Below are positions 45,516-55,764 of a DNA stretch of 64,000 nt, piece after piece. The translations under genes and the position numbers were made by a program. The notes below the pieces were generated by a model. That model was not told the DNA's origin, made no database searches, and was given only the letters and a program-made list of their open reading frames with translations. Source of the stretch: a virus; IMG/VR virus record IMGVR_UViG_3300025274_001348, positions 20,543-84,542 of that record, one strand, 5' to 3'. Within the stretch, counting starts at the first letter, position 1. Every line of letters begins with the position of its first letter.

Positions 45516-45881
45516 ATGCCGGAATATGCATACAGGTGTTTGGCTTGCGAACATACATTTTCTGATGTTATACCAATGAAACAGTACAAAAAAAGAAGAA
45601 AGTGTCCGTCTTGTAAGAAACATAAACTATCGCGAATCTTGGGCAGCTTTACGTCTTTTGTAAGAGCGGAGCCTACAACGCTGGGTCAGTTAGCTGAACG
45701 CAATACCCAAAAATTCGGAAAATACGAGTTAGACGAGAAAAAACGGCAACAAGCGAAGGGCAAAAATGTTGACAAAAAGGGCCAGCCTTGGTATCATAAA
45801 GATGGGGAAGCGTCTCAAAATGAAGTCTTCAAAATGACTCCCGAGCAAAAAAAGAGATATATTCAAGAAGGTAAAAAATGA
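45516..45881 (+). CDS. FmdB-family zinc-ribbon protein
   Basis: MPEYAYRCLACEHTF...CPSC. Confidence 0.8.
   Translation: MPEYAYRCLACEHTFSDVIPMKQYKKRRKCPSCKKHKLSRILGSFTSFVRAEPTTLGQLAERNTQKFGKYELDEKKRQQAKGKNVDKKGQPWYHKDGEASQNEVFKMTPEQKKRYIQEGKK
45769..45797 (+). promoter_or_regulatory. Intragenic sigma70-type promoter candidate upstream of the replication block
   Basis: TTGACA-17 nt-TATCAT with extended TG. Confidence 0.45.
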
Positions 45882-46165
45882 GTGAGCAGGAGCCTACTGA
45901 AAGCGGACTGGAGGATTTGGGACACGAATTTATCAAATGCGTATCCTGCGAATCTGAACATGTTGACATATGGAAAACTAAAGAATCAAACAGAATAACA
46001 ACGGTAAAAGTAATCTGCGAAAACGAAGGGTGCGGCGGATCGAGTCCTACTAGAGAAATCATTGGAGAGTTTTATATCGGTTGTACGGAATCGAGTCAAC
46101 TTGTCAGTATAGATCAAGATACTGAAGATTATGTAGAAATACACTGTAAATCTATAGAGGTTTAA
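45878..46165 (+). CDS. Hypothetical Zn-ribbon protein
   Basis: CVSC...CENEGC. Confidence 0.6.
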   Translation: MSEQEPTESGLEDLGHEFIKCVSCESEHVDIWKTKESNRITTVKVICENEGCGGSSPTREIIGEFYIGCTESSQLVSIDQDTEDYVEIHCKSIEV

Positions 46166-46166
46166 C

Positions 46167-46496
46167 ATGGTAGATAAACACGAAGATTTCGGAGAGACTT
46201 CTAGGGAGATAAACCGTAGATATATCTTAGGCAGCGGTAAAGAAGTAGATAAAGAAACTCAACAGGTTTGTGCGAAGATGCACATTCTTATCGATAACGG
46301 AAAGCATACCAATTTTTGCTACGTTAAATTCTTCAGGGGCAAAATGTTTGACCCCCAAGGAATCGATGCAACAAAAATAAGGCTTGCCGAGTTCAAAAGG
46401 GTTAAAGAAAATATATTTAACCTCTACTTCAATTACCTAAAAACCAAAAACGGGGAGTCCCTTATCAGAGCAGAAAGAGAGTATATACATGTCTAA
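46167..46496 (+). CDS. Hypothetical phage protein
   Basis: GAGG SD; packed ORF. Confidence 0.65.
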   Translation: MVDKHEDFGETSREINRRYILGSGKEVDKETQQVCAKMHILIDNGKHTNFCYVKFFRGKMFDPQGIDATKIRLAEFKRVKENIFNLYFNYLKTKNGESLIRAEREYIHV

Positions 46497-46821
46497 AAAA
46501 AGCGGTCCCTTAAATAGGGTTGAGAAATTTTACATAGATAATCATTCTGATAAAGGCGTTAAAGACCTTGCCGAAGAATTAAACAGAAACCAAAAGGTTA
46601 TATCAAAATACCTAGGAGGCAAACCCGAAAAAGCGACCACGTCTGAGGCTCAAGGCGAAGGCAAGGAAAATGTCATTGCTGGAGAACTGTTCGGCCATAA
46701 AGATGGCAGAGGAGTTACTGTTATGACACCGGCTGCATCAGAACAGGCTGATAGTTTTAAATCCAATGCATTATTAAAAAAATCAGAAAGCTCCTCCTGT
46801 ATACATAGGATTAAAGACTAA
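46489..46821 (+). CDS. Hypothetical protein (possible HTH)
   Basis: VKDLAEELNRNQKVISKYL. Confidence 0.6.
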   Translation: MSKKSGPLNRVEKFYIDNHSDKGVKDLAEELNRNQKVISKYLGGKPEKATTSEAQGEGKENVIAGELFGHKDGRGVTVMTPAASEQADSFKSNALLKKSESSSCIHRIKD

Positions 46822-47265
46822 ATGTCTATAAGTATTTCCATCGACGGCTATATCAATCAGTATGCCGACAGCAATCCTATCTGGATAGCTACTTTATCTG
46901 ACGGTACTACTGTTTATCAGGACGACGACAGACCCGGTGAAGAGCCGAGCAGCGCATGGGAAAGATTGGGAGCGCATTGCAAAGAGAACAACCTCTACAT
47001 CACCGGCATGAAAATCAAAAACCGTTCACATATTGAGGTTGTCGGAGAGGGCGGTGACGGCTATTATTTTTGTAAGTGCGCCGGAAAATATATGTTCGGA
47101 GACACAACCAACCATTCTTTTATAGTTGGGGTGTTAGAAAATGACGAGCTACGAGTCAGACACTGGAATCTGCCAGAAATAATACCAGAACAATTTGAGA
47201 CCAGAAACCCCACCGAAGCAGGGGCTTGCTTGATTGCCAAAAATAAATCATATGAAGAAGTATAA
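46822..47265 (+). CDS. Hypothetical protein
   Basis: Packed ORF. Confidence 0.65.
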   Translation: MSISISIDGYINQYADSNPIWIATLSDGTTVYQDDDRPGEEPSSAWERLGAHCKENNLYITGMKIKNRSHIEVVGEGGDGYYFCKCAGKYMFGDTTNHSFIVGVLENDELRVRHWNLPEIIPEQFETRNPTEAGACLIAKNKSYEEV

Positions 47266-47671
47266 ACACGTTACGACTGGACAAGAATGCGATGCCGCTC
47301 AATACATAGCGGAGATGGTTTTATTGAGAGAGGCAGAAAAGGCAAATGAAGGTACTCCAGCCTTCAAATTGTGGAATACCACAAAATGGAAGAACAAATT
47401 CAGAAGTCAGGTGACAAAAGCGTACCAGCTTCTTAAGAAGTATGACGAAATCGCTATCATAAATGCTCTCAAGTCACCAAAGGGTAGCTGGATGTATTCA
47501 CTACGTCTAAAAGCGCTGGAGAATATAATCAAATACGAGCAGATAAAGGTAGATAAAGAAAAAGATCGTGAAATTGTACCTAAAAAGTACGTGATAGAAG
47601 AAGCTGCTCCTCCACGAAAACCGTTTGGCAGAAAAAGTACGATTCAGAAACTGAGGGATTTAGATGGCTAA
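47252..47671 (+). CDS. Hypothetical protein
   Basis: Packed ORF overlapping recA. Confidence 0.65.
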   Translation: MKKYKHVTTGQECDAAQYIAEMVLLREAEKANEGTPAFKLWNTTKWKNKFRSQVTKAYQLLKKYDEIAIINALKSPKGSWMYSLRLKALENIIKYEQIKVDKEKDREIVPKKYVIEEAAPPRKPFGRKSTIQKLRDLDG

Positions 47672-48749
47672 AGCTGTAGCTGAAATGCTGAATGATGACA
47701 CAACAAAAGAAATTATCAAAAAATATGGACACGTAGTACGGAGTGGATTAGAGGTTTTTGAAGAAAGATCTAATCTGCAAATCATTCCTGTTAGCCCTGC
47801 TTTAGATTTGGCTCTGGGTGGCGGGATACAAGAAGGGGGATGGGTTACCTTCACTGGCGATCCCAAAAGTGGAAAAACAACAACAGCCCTTCAGTTCGCC
47901 GCCACTTGCCAGCAGGAAAAATACGGTTCTAAACCGGTAATATATCTTGATGCAGAGGGAAGGTTAAAATCAATAAACCTTACGGGTATCCATGGACTAG
48001 ATATTGAAAAAATGAAGATTGTTGGCACTGTGGATGAACCCATGAGTGCAGAACAATTCCTTAATATTGCCGAATTTTATATCAAAAATACCCCCGGCTG
48101 TGTATTGATAGTAGACTCCATTTCAGCGCTTATCCCAGAAAAGGAATTGATTGATGATGTTAATGCCCAATATCGCCCATCTCTTCCCAAGCTTCTAAAA
48201 AACTGGTGCAAAAAATTAGGTGGTATTGTACCAAGACAAAAAGCTATTGTAATTATGATTACGCATTTAATTGCAAACACTTCTGGCTTTGGCAAGAGTA
48301 AAGTACCTGATGGTGGCCGTGGGATTCAATATCAAACAGACAACATATTAGAAATAAAATATATAAAGCCGTGGGTATCTGGGGGTAAGCAAATTGGACA
48401 AATGATTCATTGGCAAATTAAGACTTCCGCCGCAGGAGGCTTTCCCGGCAGCGAAGCTCAGGGATGGCTTAAATACGGTCTAGGAATCGACAAAACCCAA
48501 GAGTTGTTTATAATGGCGGTAGATTTAGATTTAATAGCTAAAGCTGGAGCTTGGTACACCTGTAATTACCTTCTTGAAGATAGCGACAGGGTTAAAGATT
48601 TACTTATAGCCAACGACATAGATGTAGAAGATGAAAAGGAAGTAAAGTCATTTTTTCAATTTCAAGGGCAAGATAAGGTTGCTGCTTTTTTAAGCAGTAA
48701 TCCTACCACCTTAGAAATCCTCGAAGAAGAAATAAAGAGCATGCTGTGA
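47664..48749 (+). CDS. recA: RecA/UvsX-like recombinase
   Basis: LDLALGGGI, GDPKSGKTT, YLDAEG, IVDSISAL, KAGAWY. Confidence 0.9.
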   Translation: MAKAVAEMLNDDTTKEIIKKYGHVVRSGLEVFEERSNLQIIPVSPALDLALGGGIQEGGWVTFTGDPKSGKTTTALQFAATCQQEKYGSKPVIYLDAEGRLKSINLTGIHGLDIEKMKIVGTVDEPMSAEQFLNIAEFYIKNTPGCVLIVDSISALIPEKELIDDVNAQYRPSLPKLLKNWCKKLGGIVPRQKAIVIMITHLIANTSGFGKSKVPDGGRGIQYQTDNILEIKYIKPWVSGGKQIGQMIHWQIKTSAAGGFPGSEAQGWLKYGLGIDKTQELFIMAVDLDLIAKAGAWYTCNYLLEDSDRVKDLLIANDIDVEDEKEVKSFFQFQGQDKVAAFLSSNPTTLEILEEEIKSML

Positions 48750-49165
48750 AAGTTACAGGATTCGATGGCCGGGAGAGAGAATGGAAACTTGTAAGAAAAA
48801 CTGCTAGACACAACAAAAGAAAATGCTCCAGTCTTCACAAAAGAGCCAGAGCCGTCTTGCGTGAACTCTTCCCGCGTACTATAATTCTAGAGGAAGTCCA
48901 TCTTCCCGGTAGCGCCACGCTGACACGATCTTCAACGCTATTTGCAGATTTTTACGTTCCGTCACGCAAACTTCTCGTAGAGGTTCACGGCAGACAGCAT
49001 TACGAATTTAACGAATTTTACCATAAGACTAAACGAGGTTTTCAGAAAGCCAAGGCTAGAGACAGAGATAAAATCAGATGGTGCGATTTAAACGAGATCG
49101 ATATTGTTGTATTGAGTCACGAAGGTGAAGACGATGAATGGAAAAGGTCAATTCTCAACCGATAG
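48746..49165 (+). CDS. PD-(D/E)XK endonuclease (DUF559/Vsr-like)
   Basis: ADFY...VEVHGRQHY...RDRDK. Confidence 0.75.
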   Translation: MKVTGFDGREREWKLVRKTARHNKRKCSSLHKRARAVLRELFPRTIILEEVHLPGSATLTRSSTLFADFYVPSRKLLVEVHGRQHYEFNEFYHKTKRGFQKAKARDRDKIRWCDLNEIDIVVLSHEGEDDEWKRSILNR

Positions 49166-49613
49166 CTTTGAATATTTTGTTGACTCTTTAGATAACTATA
49201 TCTCAGGAGAACAAATATATTCCATTCAGATAAATCCAGAAGTTGAAACCATTATCAATTTAGAAAGTGTAGAATTAGAATCTTTAACCCCCGAAGAATG
49301 CTGCGAAAAGGCTTATGTTCTTTATGGTTATTGTCATTATGTTCAGTCCGTTTCTAATCAGCATATCGTAAAACTAAATTGGTGTGAAAAACAACTGAAC
49401 ATGATCGTTTCAAAACAGGCGAGCCAGTTTGATAAATACATGAAGTGGGAACAAAAATATTACACCGTTATAGACAATGACGAATTTGCCAAGAAGTTAT
49501 TTGAAGTTAAGTTGGCCGCTGAAAGCAGAGTTATGTGGCTCGACAACAAAGTAAGAGACCTTAGAAGAATGGCAGACTCATTATTAGAGCTTAGTAGGAG
49601 AAAAAGTGGATGA
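49125..49613 (+). CDS. Hypothetical helical protein
   Basis: Packed ORF in the recombination block. Confidence 0.6.
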   Translation: MKTMNGKGQFSTDSFEYFVDSLDNYISGEQIYSIQINPEVETIINLESVELESLTPEECCEKAYVLYGYCHYVQSVSNQHIVKLNWCEKQLNMIVSKQASQFDKYMKWEQKYYTVIDNDEFAKKLFEVKLAAESRVMWLDNKVRDLRRMADSLLELSRRKSG

Positions 49614-50035
49614 TTAGCCCGTTAGAAAAAATGAGAGTTGGCATAGAGACCAATGACATGGATCTTATTCGAGTAGCATTTGAGGAATTAACGGGAGAGG
49701 TAACAACCAGTCCGAAAAACCCACCAACTACGGAAGACCCACCTATGAATAAAAACGACTTTAGTGACTTTGTTGCTTCTGCTCAGTCATCCGATCCTAC
49801 AACAAAATCTAGAGTGGCTAAAACCGCGCCGGTTGTTGGAGGTGATAACACCTTCACAGACGAAGGAACAGATTCTAAGGATATAGAGACTCCACAAATC
49901 GCTCTTTCGCCTCGAAATAGACCCGCTTCCGTAACAGTGGAAATACTGTGTCATAAATGTGGTAAAACAGAAAAGGTTGCCCAAAGTCTCGTACAGGGTG
50001 AATTCCACGTTTGCGGAAAATGCGCTAGAAAATAA
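49610..50035 (+). CDS. Hypothetical protein with C-terminal Zn finger
   Basis: CHKC...CGKC. Confidence 0.6.
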   Translation: MISPLEKMRVGIETNDMDLIRVAFEELTGEVTTSPKNPPTTEDPPMNKNDFSDFVASAQSSDPTTKSRVAKTAPVVGGDNTFTDEGTDSKDIETPQIALSPRNRPASVTVEILCHKCGKTEKVAQSLVQGEFHVCGKCARK

Positions 50036-50036
50036 A

Positions 50037-51494
50037 ATGGCAAGCCAAATAAACAACTCGGCGTCTGAAAAAGCGGTACTAGCCGGTCTTTTAAACCACG
50101 GGGTGGATGCGTATATCGACGTAGACGATATAATTAATGTAAACACCTTTGACTTTGAACAAAATCAAATACTTTATGCCTGTATAGAAAAAGCTCTAGA
50201 AGGTAGTTCCAGCGTGGACCTACCTTCTCTTCTTAGCGTTGCTAAAGATTTAGGGCTAGACTCTATTATAGAAGAAGAGGTTGCTTTGGATGATATCAAA
50301 GCACTCTTTAAAACGGATATTGATTTAAACAATGTTAGGAAGCACGCGGTTAAGCTAAAAAAATTAGAAATAGCTAGAGACATAAAAGGCAAAGTAAAAC
50401 AAATCATTTCTGATGTTTCTGATGTTACGGGTGATGAATCCATAGATGAGATACTTAACATTGCTGAGTCACCTATTTTTGCTTTATCCGCAACACTAAA
50501 CGGATCGGTAGAAGATAAACCGATTACTCTCGGAAAAGAAGTCTCTGAATATATCTCTCATGTAGAAGAGAATCCTTCGGCCTTTTTGGGCTTGACTAGC
50601 GGTTTTGTTAGGTTTGATGAGGCGATAGGCGGTGGGTTTAGAAGGAAGTGTGTAGACCTAATTGCTGCACGTCCCAAAGTGGGTAAAAGTATGTTTGCTG
50701 ATAATGTGGCTATACATATATCCGAGAAATTAAACGTTCCCGTTTTAGTTCTAGATACGGAAATGTCGAAAGAAGATCACTTCAATCGCGTTCTTGCTAA
50801 TTTTAGTGGTGTGAATATTAATGATATAGCCAGTGGTAAATTTGCGGAAAGTGTTTGTGAAAAAGAAAAGGTCTATAAAGCTGTAGAAAGATTTGATAAA
50901 ATTCCCATCGACTATATAAGCATTGCTGGGAAGCCTTTTGAAGAAACCCTATCAGTCATGCGAAGATGGTTATTCAAAAATGTCGGATATGACGATAATG
51001 GCCGAATCAAAGACTGTATGATTATATACGATTATCTTAAACTTATGGACTCCGGGCAAATTAGTGACAGCCTCAAGGAATATCAAGTCTTAGGTTTTCA
51101 CATTACGCAACTTCACAATTTTTGTGTTCAGTACGACTGCCCGTGTCTAAGCTTTGTTCAGTTAAACCGGGATGGGATTACTAAAGAATCTACTGATGTC
51201 GTAAGTGGCTCTGACAGGTTGGTATGGCTATGTAGCAGCTTTAGTATTTTTAAGAAAAAATCCGACGAGGAAATTGCAGAAGACCAAGGGGAAAACGGAA
51301 ATAGAAAATTGGTTCCTATTGTTACACGGCACGGTGCTGGTTTAGACGATTATGATTATATCAATATCGCAATGCTTGGAGAGACAGCGAAGATTATAGA
51401 AAAACCCACCAGAAATGAGATCAAATTCGATTACCAAAAGCAGCAGTCTGGATTTGAAGTCGATGATTTTGATAACGAAGAAAGTCCCTTTTAA
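50037..51494 (+). CDS. dnaB: Replicative DNA helicase
   Basis: SEKAVLA, AARPKVGKS, DTEM, YDYLKLM, QLNR. Confidence 0.92.
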   Translation: MASQINNSASEKAVLAGLLNHGVDAYIDVDDIINVNTFDFEQNQILYACIEKALEGSSSVDLPSLLSVAKDLGLDSIIEEEVALDDIKALFKTDIDLNNVRKHAVKLKKLEIARDIKGKVKQIISDVSDVTGDESIDEILNIAESPIFALSATLNGSVEDKPITLGKEVSEYISHVEENPSAFLGLTSGFVRFDEAIGGGFRRKCVDLIAARPKVGKSMFADNVAIHISEKLNVPVLVLDTEMSKEDHFNRVLANFSGVNINDIASGKFAESVCEKEKVYKAVERFDKIPIDYISIAGKPFEETLSVMRRWLFKNVGYDDNGRIKDCMIIYDYLKLMDSGQISDSLKEYQVLGFHITQLHNFCVQYDCPCLSFVQLNRDGITKESTDVVSGSDRLVWLCSSFSIFKKKSDEEIAEDQGENGNRKLVPIVTRHGAGLDDYDYINIAMLGETAKIIEKPTRNEIKFDYQKQQSGFEVDDFDNEESPF

Positions 51495-52534
51495 TGAAAA
51501 AAGAAGAACTCGCAGTTTTGTCACATAAAGTTGCATTGAGAATGGAGGATTTATTGGACCTCTTCGGGGTCGAATATTTCCGTCAGTATGACAGAATAAC
51601 CTGCGTGTGTCCTATACACGAAGGCGCAGATAACCCACAAGCGTTTACCATTACAATGGAAGACAAATACTTTGGATGCTGGAGATGCTGGACCCACGGG
51701 TGTGAAGAAAAATTTCTGCATACCCCCATAGGCTTGATAAGGGGTTTGCTAAGCTCCAGAAAAGGTAAGGAAGTTTCGTTTCAAAAAGCCGTTAATTTTT
51801 CCTTAGAGTTTGTGTCTAGCTCTATAGAGGATTTAGCAAAAGAAAGTCACGATTTCAAAGTCGAGAAAGTCACTACCCCGTCAGACCCCTTAAAAAACCG
51901 ACATATTCCCGACAACGCAATATCCAGAAAAACAGTAAGAAATTCTTTAGCCAGACCGGTAAAATATTATTTGAACAGAGGTTATTCGGAAGATACTCTG
52001 GATAAATTTGATGTAGGTATCTGCAATGATCCCTCAAAGCAAATGAATGGAAGAATAGTTGTCCCGGTGTATGACGACAATCATGAGTATATGGTCGGCT
52101 GCGTAGGTAGAACACAAAGTGAAATCAGTAATGGATTTAAGTGGGTAAACTCTAAAAATTTCAACTCTGGTTTATATCTATATGGATATTGGCTCGCCAA
52201 AGATAAAATTCGAGAAACCAAAACCGTTATTCTCGTGGAAGGCCAAGGGGATGTATGGCGGCTATACGAAGCTGGCATCGGAAACGCTGTCGGAATGTTT
52301 GGATCGAGCCTTAGTGATGGTCAGGCTAGAATTTTAGAAACATCCGGGGCTTTTAACGTTGTTGTTCTGACTGATAATGATGACGCTGGAGCAAAGGCTA
52401 AACAATCTGTAGGCAAAAAATGCGAGAGGTTATTTCATCTGGTGTTTCCTGAATTTTCCAAAGAGGATATAGGTGAAATGTCTGTTGATGAAATAGAAAC
52501 AATAATTAAGCCACAATTAACGGGAATGATCTAA
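51494..52534 (+). CDS. dnaG: DNA primase (CHC2 Zn finger plus TOPRIM)
   Basis: CPIH...CWTHGC; LVEGQGD; DNDDAG. Confidence 0.9.
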   Translation: MKKEELAVLSHKVALRMEDLLDLFGVEYFRQYDRITCVCPIHEGADNPQAFTITMEDKYFGCWRCWTHGCEEKFLHTPIGLIRGLLSSRKGKEVSFQKAVNFSLEFVSSSIEDLAKESHDFKVEKVTTPSDPLKNRHIPDNAISRKTVRNSLARPVKYYLNRGYSEDTLDKFDVGICNDPSKQMNGRIVVPVYDDNHEYMVGCVGRTQSEISNGFKWVNSKNFNSGLYLYGYWLAKDKIRETKTVILVEGQGDVWRLYEAGIGNAVGMFGSSLSDGQARILETSGAFNVVVLTDNDDAGAKAKQSVGKKCERLFHLVFPEFSKEDIGEMSVDEIETIIKPQLTGMI

Positions 52535-52535
52535 A

Positions 52536-53303
52536 ATGGAACAAAAAATACTTGGAATCTCTGGCGCGAAGCAAAGCGGAAAAACTACTACTAGTAATTT
52601 TCTACATGGCTATCAGTTACGTTTTTATGACATCGTTGAAAAGTTCATGATGGATGAAGAGGGAAATCTACTTGTAAACACAAAAGGCATTGACGAAAAG
52701 GGCGAGGAAATTGAAGGCATGGGAATCATGGACATAGAGAGGCAAGATGATGATTTTTGCGAATTCGCAGCGGGTCACATCTGGCCATGTGTTAGATCAT
52801 TCAGTTTCGCTGATCCCTTAAAATCAATATCCATGCAATTGTTTGGTCTTACTAGAAGCCAATGCTTCGGTACAGATAAAGATAAGAATTCTTCAACAGA
52901 TATACCGTGGAAAAATATGCCCGGAAAATCTAGATCCAAGAAGAATATGACAGCTAGAGAATTTCTACAATGTTTTGGCACAGATGTTTGTAGAAAAATT
53001 AAGCCGGATATTTGGACATCTTCGTGTATTTCACGCATCAGAATGAGCCAAACCGAATTGGCAATCGTTCCAGATTGCAGATTCCCTAACGAAGTAGAGG
53101 CTATAAAAGAAGCTGGCGGCAAGGTTGTTCGTCTAACCAGAAGCCCTTACAGCGACCCTCACGTAAGCGAAAACGCCCTAACAAACGATTATGAGGGGTT
53201 TGACTGTATAATCGATAACAAAAATTTAGACATGCACGAGTCTAACATCGCCATACTTAACATCTTAAAAAACTGGGAATGGTTACAGGTAAAGGCTGGT
53301 TAA
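52536..53303 (+). CDS. Deoxynucleoside monophosphate kinase
   Basis: GAKQSGKTT, SFADPLK, REFLQCFGTD, DCRFPNE. Confidence 0.88.
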   Translation: MEQKILGISGAKQSGKTTTSNFLHGYQLRFYDIVEKFMMDEEGNLLVNTKGIDEKGEEIEGMGIMDIERQDDDFCEFAAGHIWPCVRSFSFADPLKSISMQLFGLTRSQCFGTDKDKNSSTDIPWKNMPGKSRSKKNMTAREFLQCFGTDVCRKIKPDIWTSSCISRIRMSQTELAIVPDCRFPNEVEAIKEAGGKVVRLTRSPYSDPHVSENALTNDYEGFDCIIDNKNLDMHESNIAILNILKNWEWLQVKAG

Positions 53304-53304
53304 T

Positions 53305-53676
53305 ATGATTAAAACGAAAACCGTAGAAAAACCTTGGGGTTGTTATACCGACTATTATAGAACTGATTCTGTAGTATTCAAACGTATAGTAGTTAACCCC
53401 GGCGAGGAATTATCATATCAACTCCACCACAAAAGAGAGGAATTTTGGTATGTCCTTAGTGGAAACGGTATGCTAAGGCTTAACAGTTCAAACTGGTATG
53501 TCAGACCGGGTATGTCGTTTCACATTAAGACGAATGAATCTCATCAGCTTATAAATAACGGCGATGAAAAAATTGTAGTCTTTGAGATGCAGTTTGGAAC
53601 ATGTCTAGAGGATGACATTGTAAGATTGGAGGACAAATATGGACGGCAAGGTGAATCTGGTATGGGCGACTCCTGA
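53305..53676 (+). CDS. Cupin, mannose-6-phosphate isomerase type II C-terminal domain
   Basis: [30 protein letters not shown]. Confidence 0.88.
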   Translation: MIKTKTVEKPWGCYTDYYRTDSVVFKRIVVNPGEELSYQLHHKREEFWYVLSGNGMLRLNSSNWYVRPGMSFHIKTNESHQLINNGDEKIVVFEMQFGTCLEDDIVRLEDKYGRQGESGMGDS

Positions 53677-54274
53677 AGCAGAAAAAGTTATAGGGTATTG
53701 CGCTAGAGTCAGCAACTCCAAAAACCAAAAAAATCCAAAAGTGTCCGGGCTGTTGAAGTTTTGTATTAAACACGGTCACTGGTCTATTTTTGAGATGGCC
53801 AACATGACTGTTGAAATAAATACAACCAGAGGCATAGCCGCCCAGATTCTTAGACACCGGAGTTTTTCTTTCCAAGAATTTAGTCAGCGATACGCCGAGA
53901 TGGAGGGATTTGAGTACATCTGTCCTAGAAGACAAGACACAAAGAATCGTCAAAACTCTTGGGACGACCTTGAAGAAGATGACAAGACGTGGTTTGAATA
54001 TACCCACAAGAAGGTTCAAGACGCCACTAGTGACTTTTATAAAGAAGCACTGGAGAGGGGGATCGCAAAAGAAAGTGCAAGGTTCTTGCTTCCTATGAGC
54101 GTTAAGACTAGAATGTATATGAATGGTACGACACGTAGCTGGATTCACTACATACAACTCAGAACCGATAAGTCTACACAAAAGGAACACAGAGGTATTG
54201 CAGAAGCCGTCAAGAACATTTTTATCGAACAGTTTCCTATCACCTCAGAAGCTTTAGGATGGAAAAATGAATAA
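53639..54274 (+). CDS. thyX: FAD-dependent thymidylate synthase
   Basis: [27 protein letters not shown]. Confidence 0.96.
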   Translation: MDGKVNLVWATPEAEKVIGYCARVSNSKNQKNPKVSGLLKFCIKHGHWSIFEMANMTVEINTTRGIAAQILRHRSFSFQEFSQRYAEMEGFEYICPRRQDTKNRQNSWDDLEEDDKTWFEYTHKKVQDATSDFYKEALERGIAKESARFLLPMSVKTRMYMNGTTRSWIHYIQLRTDKSTQKEHRGIAEAVKNIFIEQFPITSEALGWKNE

Positions 54275-54791
54275 TCGCGTACAAATCAAGCTACCGAAAG
54301 AAAAGCTTGAAGAAGCTATTTATATCGCCAAACAGAGAGACCTGAAAAAAGAAAAATTTGGCTCAAAGAGTTATAATAACAGTTATCGAAGTTCAGAAGA
54401 TGTACATATCGTAGGCGCGATTGGAGAAGCCGCTGTAGCCCATCTCTTCGGCGTAGAAATAGATAAAACTATTTTTCATGACCGAGGGGACGCAGGGGTC
54501 GATAATAAAGTAGAGTCCTATGGGAACATCGAGGTAAAGACTACCACGTACTGGAAAAACCCCTACCTAAGAGTACCCGCCTACAGACCAAACAAAGACA
54601 TCGACCACTATGTTTTGTGCTATGTTGACAAAAGGGATTATTCCAATGTTTGGGTGATCGGCATCGCAAAAAGAGAAGACGTGGTCAATAGACCTAAGAG
54701 GAAGCTGTGCAAAGATGGACCGCTCAACTATATCTTGGAAGAAAGTGAGCTAGAAAAAATAAATGTTAATTTGTTACCATCGAAGCAGTAG
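54267..54791 (+). CDS. Hypothetical protein, possible PD-(D/E)XK nuclease
   Basis: GAIGEAAV...D...IEVKT. Confidence 0.55.
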   Translation: MNNRVQIKLPKEKLEEAIYIAKQRDLKKEKFGSKSYNNSYRSSEDVHIVGAIGEAAVAHLFGVEIDKTIFHDRGDAGVDNKVESYGNIEVKTTTYWKNPYLRVPAYRPNKDIDHYVLCYVDKRDYSNVWVIGIAKREDVVNRPKRKLCKDGPLNYILEESELEKINVNLLPSKQ

Positions 54792-55764
54792 CCTTGGGAC
54801 TCTGGACTTCTGCGAACAGAAGTATTTCCTAGAGTACAACTTGTCGTTTAAAGACAAAACAAACCCAAAGGCTTTAATGGGAACCGTTGTCCATAAAGCT
54901 TTGCAAGTTTTAGGGGATAAGAAGCTCTGTATTAACAGGGGAAATAAAAGCTTTACGGATGACGAATTAGGGAGGCTTACTCTTAAAGATTGTGATGATT
55001 TAGAAAAAATTACCACCAAGGCGTTCAAGTATTATACAAAACATCAACCGGAAGTCAAGCTAGGAAAACCTGAATTAACAAAGTGTGTCAAATGGGTCAA
55101 CAAGGCCGTGGAGTATAACGACGGCCTCCTCGATCCTCGAAATCAAGATGTTTTTGCTACGGAGCAGTATTTCGATATAGAAATTAAGAAGCCATGGGCT
55201 AAGTATTGTTATGATATCGGAGGAGAAAAGATTGAAGGATATCTATCCATCAAGGGAACGGTGGACCTAATTGTAAGGCACGACGAAAAATACCATGAAA
55301 TTCTTGACTACAAGACTGGAAAACGCATTAATTGGGCAACGGGGGAAGAAAAAACGCTGGAGTCGTTACAGAGCGATACACAGTTGTTACTGTATTATTA
55401 CGCCCTTAAAAATTTGTACCCTGAATATGATTTTGGCGTTAGTATTTTTTATATCAACGCTGGTGGCTTGTTTTCTATGTGTTTCGAAGATAAGGATTAC
55501 GTCAAGGCTGAAAACATACTCAAACAAAAATTTCAATACATACGAAATGTAAAAAGGCCAAACTTACTGTCTGATGAAAATAAACACTGGAAGTGTCAAA
55601 AGCTTTGTAAATTTAGCGAGCAGTACAAAGACACGGGCAAAAGTTTATGTCAGTTTATAAGGGATGAAGTCAAAGTAAAGGGCATTAGCAAAGTTGTTTT
55701 AGAATACGGTGATTTGAACAAGCTTTCCAGTTATGGAAGCGGTGGAGGAAAATTGAAAAAATGA
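54763..55764 (+). CDS. Cas4/RecB-like PD-(D/E)XK exonuclease
   Basis: SSS...C, GTVVH, GTVDL, DYKTG, QLLLY, CQKLC. Confidence 0.85.
   Translation: MLICYHRSSSLGTLDFCEQKYFLEYNLSFKDKTNPKALMGTVVHKALQVLGDKKLCINRGNKSFTDDELGRLTLKDCDDLEKITTKAFKYYTKHQPEVKLGKPELTKCVKWVNKAVEYNDGLLDPRNQDVFATEQYFDIEIKKPWAKYCYDIGGEKIEGYLSIKGTVDLIVRHDEKYHEILDYKTGKRINWATGEEKTLESLQSDTQLLLYYYALKNLYPEYDFGVSIFYINAGGLFSMCFEDKDYVKAENILKQKFQYIRNVKRPNLLSDENKHWKCQKLCKFSEQYKDTGKSLCQFIRDEVKVKGISKVVLEYGDLNKLSSYGSGGGKLKK

Noticed and set aside
54763-55764. Cas4-like nuclease as part of a CRISPR-Cas system
   Set aside because: No repeat-spacer array or other cas genes seen in the window; solo Cas4/RecB-like nucleases are common in phage replication blocks
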